Notes: generated by a model from the sequence alone, not told the origin. A stretch of 64,000 bases of DNA from Nitrosopumilus sp. (GCA_965224195.1 OZ245040.1:320001-384000); one strand, 5' to 3'. Shown: positions 19,322 to 29,270, counted from the first letter of the stretch. A program made the numbers and translations.

Positions 19322-19822
19322 GAATATATATCTGATCTTAGATGGCAAAGTGAAATCACTACAATATCAACTGCTCTTGCAATACATCCAAAGACTGTAA
19401 TAGTATCTGCAGATGAAATGCCAGCATTACAAGTAATACAAAGAGATGACACAATACTTGCAGATCCTGCACTAGTCTATGCATCTAATGCTGATTCTGG
19501 ACTTAGATTTACTGTAACTGATCCTCAAGGACAATGTATCATTGGTGATACAGATGAATGTCTAGTCAATGAAAGTACTAGAGGAAAACGTGGTGGAATG
19601 GAAAGTGTTCTATATGGTGATCAAATACTCCGAGTCAGATATTCAGGAGCAGATAATGTACTAGAGAGATTCTCAATTACATCAATTGATCCAATTGTAG
19701 GACAATGGAGTGTATCATTAGAAACTGAAAATGGATATGTGCAACAAGCACATGCATCAGAAGATGTCAATGTAAAAATCAAATACAGATATCACTCTGA
19801 AACAATAACAGCATTTTCATAG
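19322..19822 (+). pseudogene. C-terminal remnant of a larger beta-rich (probably surface, LamG-type) protein
   Basis: The frame is open from a stop at 19319-21, with protein-like sequence (RWQSEITTISTALAIHPKTVIVSADEM...) but no start before the internal ATG at 19418 and no signal peptide. The LamG-protein link is recollection only. Confidence 0.55.
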
Positions 19823-19841
19823 GAATTTCTAAAATCTAAGT

Positions 19842-21299
19842 TTATGGATATGCTATTGATTTAATAACTTCTGAATCAAGTTCTGAAATATTGATTCTTT
19901 TTTGTTCCATACTATCCCTCATACGTATTGTTACTGTTTCATCTTCAAGTGTCTGATGATCTACTGTAATTGCAAAAGGAGATCCTATCTCATCTAATCT
20001 TCTATATCTTCTGCCTATTGCACCAGAGTGATCCAAAAATGCATCACATTTTCTTTTTAGCTGAAGATAAATTTCATCTGTTTTTTCTTTCAATCCATCT
20101 TTTTTGACTAGTGATAAAATTCCAATATGAACCGGAGACAAGTATGGTTTTAAGGCTAAAACTATTCTTTCATGCTCTTTGTCATCTTTCAAACTGTGCT
20201 CTAATATTGTATACAGACTTCTGTCAATTCCCATTGATATTTCAAATACGTGAGGCAAAACTTTGTCATCGCCATCCATTATCTCAAATTTTTGCTTGCT
20301 CTTTGTTGCATGACTGGTCAAGTCATAGTCAGATCTGTAATTGCATGCAACTAGTTCTAGCCACCCAATAGTAGTTTCTACTTCAAAATCAAATGCAACT
20401 TCAGCATAGAATGCTTTTTCTTTATTTCCTAGTTTTCTGAATCTACTCTTTGTAATGTCTATTCCTGTTTTTTCATAAAATTCAGTTAAAATTCCCAAAT
20501 AGTATGCTACAAGTTTGTTAGGAACAACTCCTGATTCTACTGCTTCTTTACATGTCATAGAGACAGGATCTCCATCTGTCTGTATTCTTATAGTAATATC
20601 TTGAATTTCTGAAAACTTTTCTACCTCAGATAGATTGTTTGGATTACAAAATACTTCAATTTCTGCCTGATAAAATTCTCTTAGACGAAGTAGACTCTGT
20701 CTTGGAGCAATTTCATTTCTAAAACTCTTTCCTACTTGGGCAATTCCTAGAGGAAGTTTTCCTCTCATTGTTTTGTATAGTCTTGGAAAATCTACAAAGA
20801 TTGATTGACATGTTTCAGGTCGTAGATATGCTTCTTCTTCTTCAGGACCTATGCCAACTTTAAACATCATGTTGAAATTTTTTGTCTTATCAAAATCCCC
20901 TTTACATTTTGGACATTTGATATTATTTTGTGAAATTGCATTATCAAATTCTTCCAAGTCTGCGCTTTCAGGAATTTCTATTTTTGTAAGTTCTGCAATA
21001 GCTCTGTCTGCTCTAAATGTTGCATTACATTTTGTACATTTTATTATTGGATCAGCAAAATTCCCTAAATGCCCAGATGCTTCAAAAACAGATTTTGACA
21101 TTATCTGAGAGCCATCAATTTCAAGCATTCCATCTCTTCGGATTAATTCTCGTCTCCATAGTTCTAAAAATTTATTTTTTAAACTAACTCCAGATGGACC
21201 ATATTCCCAAAATCCGGCTTGTGCATCTGCATAAACTTCACAGCTAGGAAAGTAAAATCCACGCTCAAGTGCTAGTTTCATTACTATTTCATAGTCCAT
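19842..21299 (-). CDS. glyS: Glycine--tRNA ligase (archaeal/eukaryal type)
   Basis: YLRPETCQSIF, GKSFRNEIAPRQSLLRLREFYQAE and GAIGRRYRRLDEIG motifs. Confidence 0.97.
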   Translation of the reverse strand: MDYEIVMKLALERGFYFPSCEVYADAQAGFWEYGPSGVSLKNKFLELWRRELIRRDGMLEIDGSQIMSKSVFEASGHLGNFADPIIKCTKCNATFRADRAIAELTKIEIPESADLEEFDNAISQNNIKCPKCKGDFDKTKNFNMMFKVGIGPEEEEAYLRPETCQSIFVDFPRLYKTMRGKLPLGIAQVGKSFRNEIAPRQSLLRLREFYQAEIEVFCNPNNLSEVEKFSEIQDITIRIQTDGDPVSMTCKEAVESGVVPNKLVAYYLGILTEFYEKTGIDITKSRFRKLGNKEKAFYAEVAFDFEVETTIGWLELVACNYRSDYDLTSHATKSKQKFEIMDGDDKVLPHVFEISMGIDRSLYTILEHSLKDDKEHERIVLALKPYLSPVHIGILSLVKKDGLKEKTDEIYLQLKRKCDAFLDHSGAIGRRYRRLDEIGSPFAITVDHQTLEDETVTIRMRDSMEQKRINISELDSEVIKSIAYP

Positions 21300-21330
21300 T
21301 ATAACATCAACTCATTCATGAAATAAATTT

Positions 21331-22170
21331 CTACGCAAATCCCTTTGCTACTCTAACGTTCTCAAAGTCATCTCTGTCATCATCAATTGGAGTTTCTAAA
21401 ATTATGGGAATTTTTCTCTTGTTTACAAATTTTATTATTGATTCGATTCCTTTTTCTCCAATTCCACCTAGTCCTAAATGATAATGTCTATCAAGATTAC
21501 AACCTAATTCTCCTCTTGCATCATTAAGATGAAGAATTTTTAAATTATCAATTCCTACATGTTTATCAAATTCAGAAAAAGTTTTCTTTACTGTTTCTTC
21601 AGTTCTTAAATTATACCCTGCTACAAATGCATGACATGTATCTATACATACACCAAATTTTTTTGAAGGTTTTAGTTGTTTGAAAATTTCCCCTAGTTGT
21701 TTAAAATTTGAACCAACAGAATTTTTTTGTCCTGCGGTATTTTCTAAAAGAATCATTACATCATTTTTTATTTTCCCAGCTTTTGTTAATCCTTCAACTA
21801 GTTTTTTAATCCCAGCTTCATCCCCAGTTCCTAAATGACTACCAAGATGAGTTACTAAATACGGAATTCCTAATTGTGCACATCTTTCTGTTTCATCAAT
21901 CAAAGTTTTAACAGACTTTTCAAATCCATCTTCTTTTGGAGTTGCAAGATTTGGTAAATATGGCATGTGTGCACATGTTGCAAATCTATCAATCTTGCTT
22001 GCTTTAAGTTTTGATTTGAAACTATCAATGTTTTCTTTGGTGAGCTCTTTTGCATGCCAACCTCTTGGATTTCTAGTGAAAATTTGAAATGCAGAGCATT
22101 CTCTCTCGACTGCATTATCTACTGATTTATCAATTGATCCAGATATTGAAACATGACATCCGATCTGCAT
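21331..22170 (-). CDS. nfo: Endonuclease IV (AP endonuclease)
   Basis: GCHVS, HMPYLPNL, LLENTAG, DTCH, HLND, DRH and ILETP motifs. Confidence 0.96.
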   Translation of the reverse strand: MQIGCHVSISGSIDKSVDNAVERECSAFQIFTRNPRGWHAKELTKENIDSFKSKLKASKIDRFATCAHMPYLPNLATPKEDGFEKSVKTLIDETERCAQLGIPYLVTHLGSHLGTGDEAGIKKLVEGLTKAGKIKNDVMILLENTAGQKNSVGSNFKQLGEIFKQLKPSKKFGVCIDTCHAFVAGYNLRTEETVKKTFSEFDKHVGIDNLKILHLNDARGELGCNLDRHYHLGLGGIGEKGIESIIKFVNKRKIPIILETPIDDDRDDFENVRVAKGFA

Positions 22171-22254
22171 ATGTATATTTTCTTAAAACATAATTTAAAC
22201 CAGCGTCAAAATTCAAAAAATCAGATTTTTAAGTGAATTCGGTAGATTACTAAC

Positions 22255-23280
22255 ATGTTAGAGTTAGGTACTGATGAACTTGCAAAATATCCGTTCCTAG
22301 AGGGTGCTGGAAAATTTTTGAAAGAAAAAGGTTTTCCACTATCTCAATTTGGAACTGATCCTGATCTTAAATCCGTCGTGGATAAGGCATATCATAGGCT
22401 TAAAGTCTCTACGGAAGGTGGTATTTACAAATCTGAAATTGTAGACGGAGAAGCATCTGATTCTGCTCGTGAAAAAGAGATTTTTTCTTTTCTACTGGCA
22501 ATAGTTTTGATAAAATTAAGTGGAATGCACACACTCGTTAAACGATTTGCTCTTGCAGAAGCTAGACGTGCAGAAAATCATCTTGAAAAAGATTTAGGAA
22601 AAGCTTCTGATAAATCAAAAATCGATTTGGCTATTAGAATTATTTATGATTTATTCAATATTGAAGTAATAAAAGAAGATGAATTTTTTAAAATTCCCGT
22701 ATCTGATTATCTAAAACATTCAATAGATTTTCATGAAAGAGAATGGAAATTAGTCAATAGGCATGTTGAAAATGGTAAAGTGTTACTAACACCAGATAAA
22801 ACAGTTAGGTTAGTTAGAAAAGAATTAGGAACTTACATTACTTCTAAAATTACTAATGCACCAACTCCACCAATGATTCCTGGACTTGAAAATATAGTAA
22901 ATAAATTAACTTCAATTGGTAAGGCCCTTACTCCTTCTTACACTATAACAACCGGAGAATATCCACCGTGTATAAAACATGCAATTAAAATTCTTGAGAA
23001 AGGAGAAAATCTTCCTCATTCTGGACGATTTATGCTTGCAACTTTTCTTTTATCAAAAGGACAAACGATACAACAAATTGCACCATTATTCAAAAATGCT
23101 CCTGATTACAATCCACGTGTTACACTATACCAACTAAATCATTTAGCAGGAACTTCAGGTAGTGGTACTCAATACTCTTGTCCATCTTGTGAGAAACTAA
23201 AAACCCAAAGTTTGTGTTTTGCAATACCCGAATGTGATAATATCATTAATCCCTTACAATTTGGAAGGAAGAAAAAATAA
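22255..23280 (+). CDS. priL: DNA primase large subunit
   Basis: AKYPFL, YPPCI, GENLPHSGRF, APDY...YQLNH and Fe-S cysteines CPSC...C...C...NPL. Confidence 0.93.
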   Translation: MLELGTDELAKYPFLEGAGKFLKEKGFPLSQFGTDPDLKSVVDKAYHRLKVSTEGGIYKSEIVDGEASDSAREKEIFSFLLAIVLIKLSGMHTLVKRFALAEARRAENHLEKDLGKASDKSKIDLAIRIIYDLFNIEVIKEDEFFKIPVSDYLKHSIDFHEREWKLVNRHVENGKVLLTPDKTVRLVRKELGTYITSKITNAPTPPMIPGLENIVNKLTSIGKALTPSYTITTGEYPPCIKHAIKILEKGENLPHSGRFMLATFLLSKGQTIQQIAPLFKNAPDYNPRVTLYQLNHLAGTSGSGTQYSCPSCEKLKTQSLCFAIPECDNIINPLQFGRKKK

Positions 23281-24401
23281 TGCAAGAAGCAGATTCACAA
23301 TTTTTAGAAGATTCTTTTAAAAAATATTACTTTAATCATTTTGATCTAATCAAAGTTCCAGAGAGAACATCTGAAAGAGAATTTGGATATCAGAAATTCA
23401 CTTCAGGAATGACTAGACACATCTCGATTAAAGATGATAAAGAATTACATCTAATGCTTATGCAAAACATTCCATCTGATGTTTATTGTTCTAATGCATA
23501 CTATACATTTCCTAATTTACCAATGAATGAAAAAGATTGGAAAGAGGCTGATCTAATTTTTGATATTGATGCCAAAGATCTTAATTTATCGTGTAGAGAA
23601 AGTCATACAGTATCAATTTGTAATGAATGTAATGAAGTTTCAAAAACCTTAACTCAATGTTCAAAATGTAATTCATCAAAATTAGAAAAAAAATCATTGC
23701 CTTGCAAAAATTGTATTGATGCTTCAAAAATTGAAGTAGAAAAACTATCTCAAGTTCTAATTGATGATTTTACAATCACCAAAGAAAATATTCAAGTGTT
23801 TTTTTCTGGTAATGAGGGATTTCATGTTTATGTTTATAATTCACAATTTCAACAAATTGGTTCTAGAGAAAGATCCGAATTAACTGATTACATCTCACTT
23901 CGTGGAGTAATACCTGAAACATTTGGAATGAAGAAATACAAACCTAATAAAAATCCATTTCCAGACTTTAATGAAAAGGGATGGAGAGGTAGATTCTCAA
24001 AATATATTTTTGGCTCAAAATCAAAACGCTCAAAAATAATTACAGAATTATTAGCAAATGGTTATTCTTCTTTTCAAAAAACTTTGGATGATGTTTCAGA
24101 AAATATTGGAGTAAAAATTGATCCTAATGTTACTATGGATATACACAGAATTTTTAGATTACCTGGTTCGATTAATAGTAAAAGTGGTCTTACAAAATTT
24201 TTTTGTAATAATCTAACAAAGTTTGATCCATACGTAGAAGCATCTTTTCTTAGTGATGATACAGTAGAAATAATTGCAAACTGCCCAATTGAATTTAAAT
24301 TAAAAAACAAAAAGTTTGGACCTTATCTAAATGAAAAAGTATCAGTTCCGACATTTGCCGCAGTCTATATGATTTGTAAAAAACTTGCTAGAATAGCTTG
24401 A
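23280..24401 (+). CDS. priS: DNA primase small (catalytic) subunit
   Basis: REFG, DLIFDIDAKDL, FSGNEGFH and IDPNVTMDIHRIFRLPGSINSKSG motifs. Confidence 0.95.
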   Translation: MQEADSQFLEDSFKKYYFNHFDLIKVPERTSEREFGYQKFTSGMTRHISIKDDKELHLMLMQNIPSDVYCSNAYYTFPNLPMNEKDWKEADLIFDIDAKDLNLSCRESHTVSICNECNEVSKTLTQCSKCNSSKLEKKSLPCKNCIDASKIEVEKLSQVLIDDFTITKENIQVFFSGNEGFHVYVYNSQFQQIGSRERSELTDYISLRGVIPETFGMKKYKPNKNPFPDFNEKGWRGRFSKYIFGSKSKRSKIITELLANGYSSFQKTLDDVSENIGVKIDPNVTMDIHRIFRLPGSINSKSGLTKFFCNNLTKFDPYVEASFLSDDTVEIIANCPIEFKLKNKKFGPYLNEKVSVPTFAAVYMICKKLARIA

Positions 24402-24448
24402 TTTTGCTGGTAAGACATTAATTTACCAAATCTTAAGAAAATTTAGTT

Positions 24449-27307
24449 TTGTATTCCGCCTCTACTGATAAGCAAGCTCCTCCTACTGATGCCGGAAAAT
24501 ACATCAGATTAGCCATTATTGCAATAATTGGAATAGCGATTTTCACTATGGTTGGAAATCAAGCAGTCATTCTATCAATGAATTTTACAGAATTTGGCGA
24601 TCAATTCACCAAACCTCTTTACTACACACTTGTTTCGACAATAATTCTCTCAGCCATTGCCCTTATTCGAGTTAACATTGTAGGACGATCTTCAATTTTC
24701 TGGTATGCAATTAGCACTGGAATTGGATTTTTAGGAAGTGGAGGACAACAACCAATTTCAAATACTCTAAAAAGTTTTAGTGATTACAAGTTATCTTCAG
24801 TACAATTTGTAATCTGGCAAATTACCAAGATCTTACTTTTCGGAGCTTTCTTTGCAAATATTATGTTTGGATTTGCAGCAATGTCATTTATTGATGGAAA
24901 TACTTTGGGAATTGAAAATCTACCTTCATTGTTTACTTTACCTTTTGTAACTCCTGACAATAATCCAAACTATGCTGCAGAAAATGTTGTTCCAATGATT
25001 CCAGCTTTAGTAATATTGATTCCTCCATTACTTGCCGCAATTGGGCTTCGTCTAGTTTTGTATGTTGGAATTCATAGAATAATTAATGTTGTTACATCTT
25101 ATCTACAAGATTCTAATGAAGGAAAACCACGATATCTAAATTATGTTTCAACTATTGAGGGAATAATTGGTATTGGTGTAATTTGGGTAGGAATTAATCT
25201 ATTTTTCACAGATCAAATTGATTACAATACAAGATATATAATTGGAGGTACTCTTGTCATAGGTTTTGCTTTAATTGCATTCTCAGTAGTTGATAGAATT
25301 AGAGCACGTGTACTAACTCATATGTTTAAACGAGATGTATACATCAGATTTTTAACAATTATTGCAATTGCAATAATTATAATTGGTGTTGTTTCAGTTA
25401 ACGATAGTATTGCTGATTCAAAGAAGATTGAATATTTAGGACCATACACTGCTCAGCAAATTGGAGTAAATCGATACCTTGGTGAAATAAATAATGTACA
25501 AGAAAATATACATGATGTAAAATTAACATCTGTATCTGCAAATAATATCAACAACTACGTGAAAGAAAATAATGATGTTCTTGACGTAATTAGAATTTGG
25601 GATTGGGAAGCAGCTTTTGCTAAATTAAAGCCTGAGATAGGATTAATTCCATATGTAGACTTTGAAGATAACGATATTCTTCGCTTTGATAATACATTAT
25701 ACTGGACTGCTTCAATGGAACCAATTTTACCAACCTCTGTTGCCCTTGAAAATAGATGGTATAACGAACACCTTGTGGTCACTCACGTTCCAAATGGATT
25801 TCTTACTCTTGGAGCAACTGATGGTCAGATTGTTAACGAAGAAAATGAATTGTTCCAACAAAAAGCTGTTTACTATGGTGAAGGTGGATTATTTGAGAAA
25901 ACTTGGTCTGCCTATCCTAATTCTCGAGGTTCACAAAGTGATGAAGTTGCAGATGGATACTATTCTGGAGAGGGTGGATTAGATCTTTCACCACCACTAA
26001 GTTGGATATTTGAGCCAAACTTTTTACTTTCATTTCCATCTGAATCAGTTCACGTTATGAGATACAAAGATGTCCATGATAGAATGGAAATATTGTATCC
26101 TTATTTCCTCTATGATTTGTTTGGGAAAGAATTAGATTCAATTCCTGTAACTGATGGAAAAAATTCCTATTGGTTGATTCCACTAATTATTGGATTTGAT
26201 ACAGGTGATGTTCCTTGGTCTATTGGAAATCCATACTTGCGTTTAGTAGGATACGCTTTAGTTGATACCTATAATGGTGACATTCAATTATTAAAAACTG
26301 GAGATGATTTCTTTACTGACATGTTTACAAGTCAATATTCTGAACAATTTCAACCAATACCAAAATGGTTAGAAGAACAAGTTAGATATCCTGTTGAATT
26401 GTTTAATTGGAAAACACAAATGTATAATGTTTACCATGTAACTAGTGTAGAGACATTTATTCAAGCTAATGAATTCTATGAAATTCCATTAGGTCTTGAT
26501 ACGTATTATGTTCAAGCAAAACCACCTGGTTTTGAAGAAACTGAATTTATAGGAATGCTATCATTGGAATTAAAAGGTTCTAAAAGTAAAAATCTTGCAG
26601 GATTTATGGTAGTAGAAAATGATCTTGCTAATTTAGGAGATTTACAGTTTTATGAAGTTCCATTAAATTCTACTACTAAATTGATTGGTCCTAGTGCAGC
26701 TAGAGAAGCACTTGAAAAAGATCCTGAGTTTGCTACACTCAAAACACTCTTGAAAAATACAAGAATTGGAGACAACATATTGTATCAAGTAGGTGATCAC
26801 GATGTATACTTTATTCCAGTGTATACTTCAGGTGCTAGTGGAGTTGTAGCTCAAATAGGTACTATTGCTGTAGTTGGGGCTGCATTTAATGGAGAATATT
26901 TTGTTGGCCTTGGTGATACTCAAGAAGAAGCATTTAATGCATATTTAAAGAAAGTTTCTGGTGTTGCATCCACTGCAACAACAGCTGATGATAATTATGT
27001 TGAATTAGATAAAAGTAAAAGAATTGACACTATAAAATTAATTTTTGAAGAAAATGACATATTGATTGCAGAACCTACATCTGTTCAAATACCATTATCT
27101 TTTAACGAAGGTCAATTATTCTTCTTTACTGAAAGTGATCTTACAGAGACTGAAGAGTTTATCACTGATTTTATTGATGACTTTGTAAAACCTCGTACTA
27201 ACAGAGTGATTATGTGGCAAGATGAAACAAATATCAATATTGGAACAATAATTGTAAAAGATGATCTTCCTGAGATACATTATGTCTCAATTGAGGTTGG
27301 CAACTAA
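24449..27307 (+). CDS. UPF0182 family membrane protein
   Basis: 952 aa; N-terminal TM helices, IRIWDW, HLVVTH..G, VYYGEG, RYPVELF and NLAGFM motifs. Confidence 0.85.
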   Translation: MYSASTDKQAPPTDAGKYIRLAIIAIIGIAIFTMVGNQAVILSMNFTEFGDQFTKPLYYTLVSTIILSAIALIRVNIVGRSSIFWYAISTGIGFLGSGGQQPISNTLKSFSDYKLSSVQFVIWQITKILLFGAFFANIMFGFAAMSFIDGNTLGIENLPSLFTLPFVTPDNNPNYAAENVVPMIPALVILIPPLLAAIGLRLVLYVGIHRIINVVTSYLQDSNEGKPRYLNYVSTIEGIIGIGVIWVGINLFFTDQIDYNTRYIIGGTLVIGFALIAFSVVDRIRARVLTHMFKRDVYIRFLTIIAIAIIIIGVVSVNDSIADSKKIEYLGPYTAQQIGVNRYLGEINNVQENIHDVKLTSVSANNINNYVKENNDVLDVIRIWDWEAAFAKLKPEIGLIPYVDFEDNDILRFDNTLYWTASMEPILPTSVALENRWYNEHLVVTHVPNGFLTLGATDGQIVNEENELFQQKAVYYGEGGLFEKTWSAYPNSRGSQSDEVADGYYSGEGGLDLSPPLSWIFEPNFLLSFPSESVHVMRYKDVHDRMEILYPYFLYDLFGKELDSIPVTDGKNSYWLIPLIIGFDTGDVPWSIGNPYLRLVGYALVDTYNGDIQLLKTGDDFFTDMFTSQYSEQFQPIPKWLEEQVRYPVELFNWKTQMYNVYHVTSVETFIQANEFYEIPLGLDTYYVQAKPPGFEETEFIGMLSLELKGSKSKNLAGFMVVENDLANLGDLQFYEVPLNSTTKLIGPSAAREALEKDPEFATLKTLLKNTRIGDNILYQVGDHDVYFIPVYTSGASGVVAQIGTIAVVGAAFNGEYFVGLGDTQEEAFNAYLKKVSGVASTATTADDNYVELDKSKRIDTIKLIFEENDILIAEPTSVQIPLSFNEGQLFFFTESDLTETEEFITDFIDDFVKPRTNRVIMWQDETNINIGTIIVKDDLPEIHYVSIEVGN

Positions 27308-27850
27308 TTGCTTCTTGTTGTTGATAATGGCTCTATCTATACAAAACAGTTAACTGATTTTTTATCTCAAAAAAATATTTTATTTGAAAAACAATCTCCA
27401 CAAAGTTTAAGATTAGATTTACTTTCAAATTATGACTCTTTCATTCTTTCTGGACGTAGAAAAAATGAAAAAAAAGTTAATGAAATCAATTCTAAAACCA
27501 TCAAGCATTGTATTAAAAATAATAATAAATTACTTGGAATTTGTTATGGTGCCGAGATTTTAGCACTTACTTTAGGGGGAACCATTAGAAAAATCACTTC
27601 TCTTCAAAAAGGAAATGAATCAATCAAAATTATAAAAGAAAATTCCATTTGCAATAATGTAATTGATGTATTTGAAAGTCATAGTTATGAGATATCTAAA
27701 CTACCTAGTGTTTTAATTTCACTTGCTAAATCAGAAAACTGTATAAATGAAATTATTCAATATGAAGAAAGACCAATTTTTGGAACTCAATTTCATCCAG
27801 AAATGAGTCCAGATGGTAATAATTTAATTGAAAAATTCTGTTCTCTTTGA
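27308..27850 (+). CDS. Stand-alone class I glutamine amidotransferase (GuaA-A-like)
   Basis: VVDNGS, ILSG, LGICYG, ESH and GTQFHPE motifs; the Cys-His-Glu triad is intact. Confidence 0.9.
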   Translation: MLLVVDNGSIYTKQLTDFLSQKNILFEKQSPQSLRLDLLSNYDSFILSGRRKNEKKVNEINSKTIKHCIKNNNKLLGICYGAEILALTLGGTIRKITSLQKGNESIKIIKENSICNNVIDVFESHSYEISKLPSVLISLAKSENCINEIIQYEERPIFGTQFHPEMSPDGNNLIEKFCSL

Positions 27851-27884
27851 TTGATTTTAATTACTCTCAAAACTCCTCTATTTT

Positions 27885-28847
27885 ATGGAAGAAGAAAACC
27901 ATGAATTATTGTTACCACTTGTAGATGATGAAAATATTTGTCTCCCTTTACCGATTAATGTAGTGTCAAAATATTGGAATATTGATTTACCTATGGCAGA
28001 AGCTATAGAATCTGCAAAAAAATATTCTGGATTTGATGGTAGTATTTTGATTGAAGGAATAGAAATGGCAGAAAGACATGGTTTGACATGCAAAATAGTT
28101 CATTCATCACTATCTGAATTAAAAAAAATTATTGATTTAGGAATCCCGCCAATTGTAATTCTTCCAGGAATTCCTGAAATTACACAACATGCATCTATAA
28201 TTACAGGATATGATGAACAAGAAAAAACAATTTTACATTATATTCAGAAAGGTAATCAGGAAGGAGAACAACAAGAAGGTGCAATTCCTCAAGATATTTT
28301 TGAAAAAGAATGGTCTGAAGAAGGAAGATTATTACTAATTTTAGCTCCTTCTGACATAATTACATCCATAAATTTAGTAAATGATTCTAGTGACAAATCA
28401 AATAGACTGTGTCTTGTTTCTGAAAAACAAAACATTTTAAAAAATAACGCTGAAGCACTTGAATCATTGAAACAAGCTCTAGAACTTGATGCAAATAATT
28501 CTACTGTACTTAATCTATTTGCTGCAATGCTTAACGCTCAAAATTCCCCAGAATGTGTAAAACATTATGAGAAATGTTTGCAAATCAACAAGAATTCCTA
28601 TTTGACCTATAATGGAATGGGGAATTTTTACCTTAAGACAGGTCAATTTGATAAAGCAGAAAATTCTTACAGCAAGGCAATTGAAATTAATCCGAAACGT
28701 TCTGCAAAAATATACAAAAATCGCGCTTATCTAAAGGAAAAACAAAACAAAAATTCTGAAGCAAAAGATGATCTTAAAAATTATCTAAAATATTATCCTA
28801 AAGCTTCTGATAGAGGACTAATAGAACAAGCAATTAGAGAATTATAA
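27885..28847 (+). CDS. Peptidase C39-like domain plus TPR repeat protein
   Basis: N-terminal ENICLP...GIPPIV...HASIITGYD...FEKEW, and C-terminal TPRs (YNGMGNFY...AENSYSKAIEINP). Confidence 0.8.
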   Translation: MEEENHELLLPLVDDENICLPLPINVVSKYWNIDLPMAEAIESAKKYSGFDGSILIEGIEMAERHGLTCKIVHSSLSELKKIIDLGIPPIVILPGIPEITQHASIITGYDEQEKTILHYIQKGNQEGEQQEGAIPQDIFEKEWSEEGRLLLILAPSDIITSINLVNDSSDKSNRLCLVSEKQNILKNNAEALESLKQALELDANNSTVLNLFAAMLNAQNSPECVKHYEKCLQINKNSYLTYNGMGNFYLKTGQFDKAENSYSKAIEINPKRSAKIYKNRAYLKEKQNKNSEAKDDLKNYLKYYPKASDRGLIEQAIREL

Positions 28848-28921
28848 TGCGGAGTGCGGGATTTGAACCCGCGGCCTTCAGCTTGGGAAGCTGACGTCAT
28901 ACCAGACTAAACTAACTCCGC
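28848..28921 (-). tRNA. tRNA-Gly (CCC)
   Basis: Reverse complement GCGGAGT...TCAGC-TT-CCC-AA-GCTGA...GGTTCAAATCC...ACTCCGCA; no encoded CCA. Confidence 0.95.
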
Positions 28922-28958
28922 CTAGAACAATACCGTCAATTATGATTAAATATCTTAA

Positions 28959-29147
28959 TTGTTATCTCAAAATATGGATGCAAGATGCCCTGAATGTGAA
29001 AAAGTTGCAATATTAGATGATGATGTAACGAATGTAAAATGTCCACATTGTAATTTTGAAGCAGATTATGAAACCTATATTGAAATTATGAAAGATCAAG
29101 CCGTCAACATGTCAGCTGATTATATTCCCGATAGACCTGGAATTTAA
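28959..29147 (+). CDS. Small Zn-ribbon protein
   Basis: CPEC...CPHC; 62 aa, alternative ATG at 28974. Confidence 0.8.
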   Translation: MLSQNMDARCPECEKVAILDDDVTNVKCPHCNFEADYETYIEIMKDQAVNMSADYIPDRPGI

Positions 29148-29270
29148 TTACCAATAATTTCCTTTGTCAGAACAATCTAAGTGAGCTCCACAATTTGGGC
29201 AAAACATATGACATGCTTGCATATCTACCATTTTATTATCACATCTAGGACATTTGATCTCTTCTGCCAT
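29148..29270 (-). CDS. CPxCG-type Zn-finger microprotein, 40 aa
   Basis: Manual translation MAEEIKCPRCDNKMVDMQACHMFCPNCGAHLDCSDKGNYW*. Confidence 0.8.
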   Translation of the reverse strand: MAEEIKCPRCDNKMVDMQACHMFCPNCGAHLDCSDKGNYW

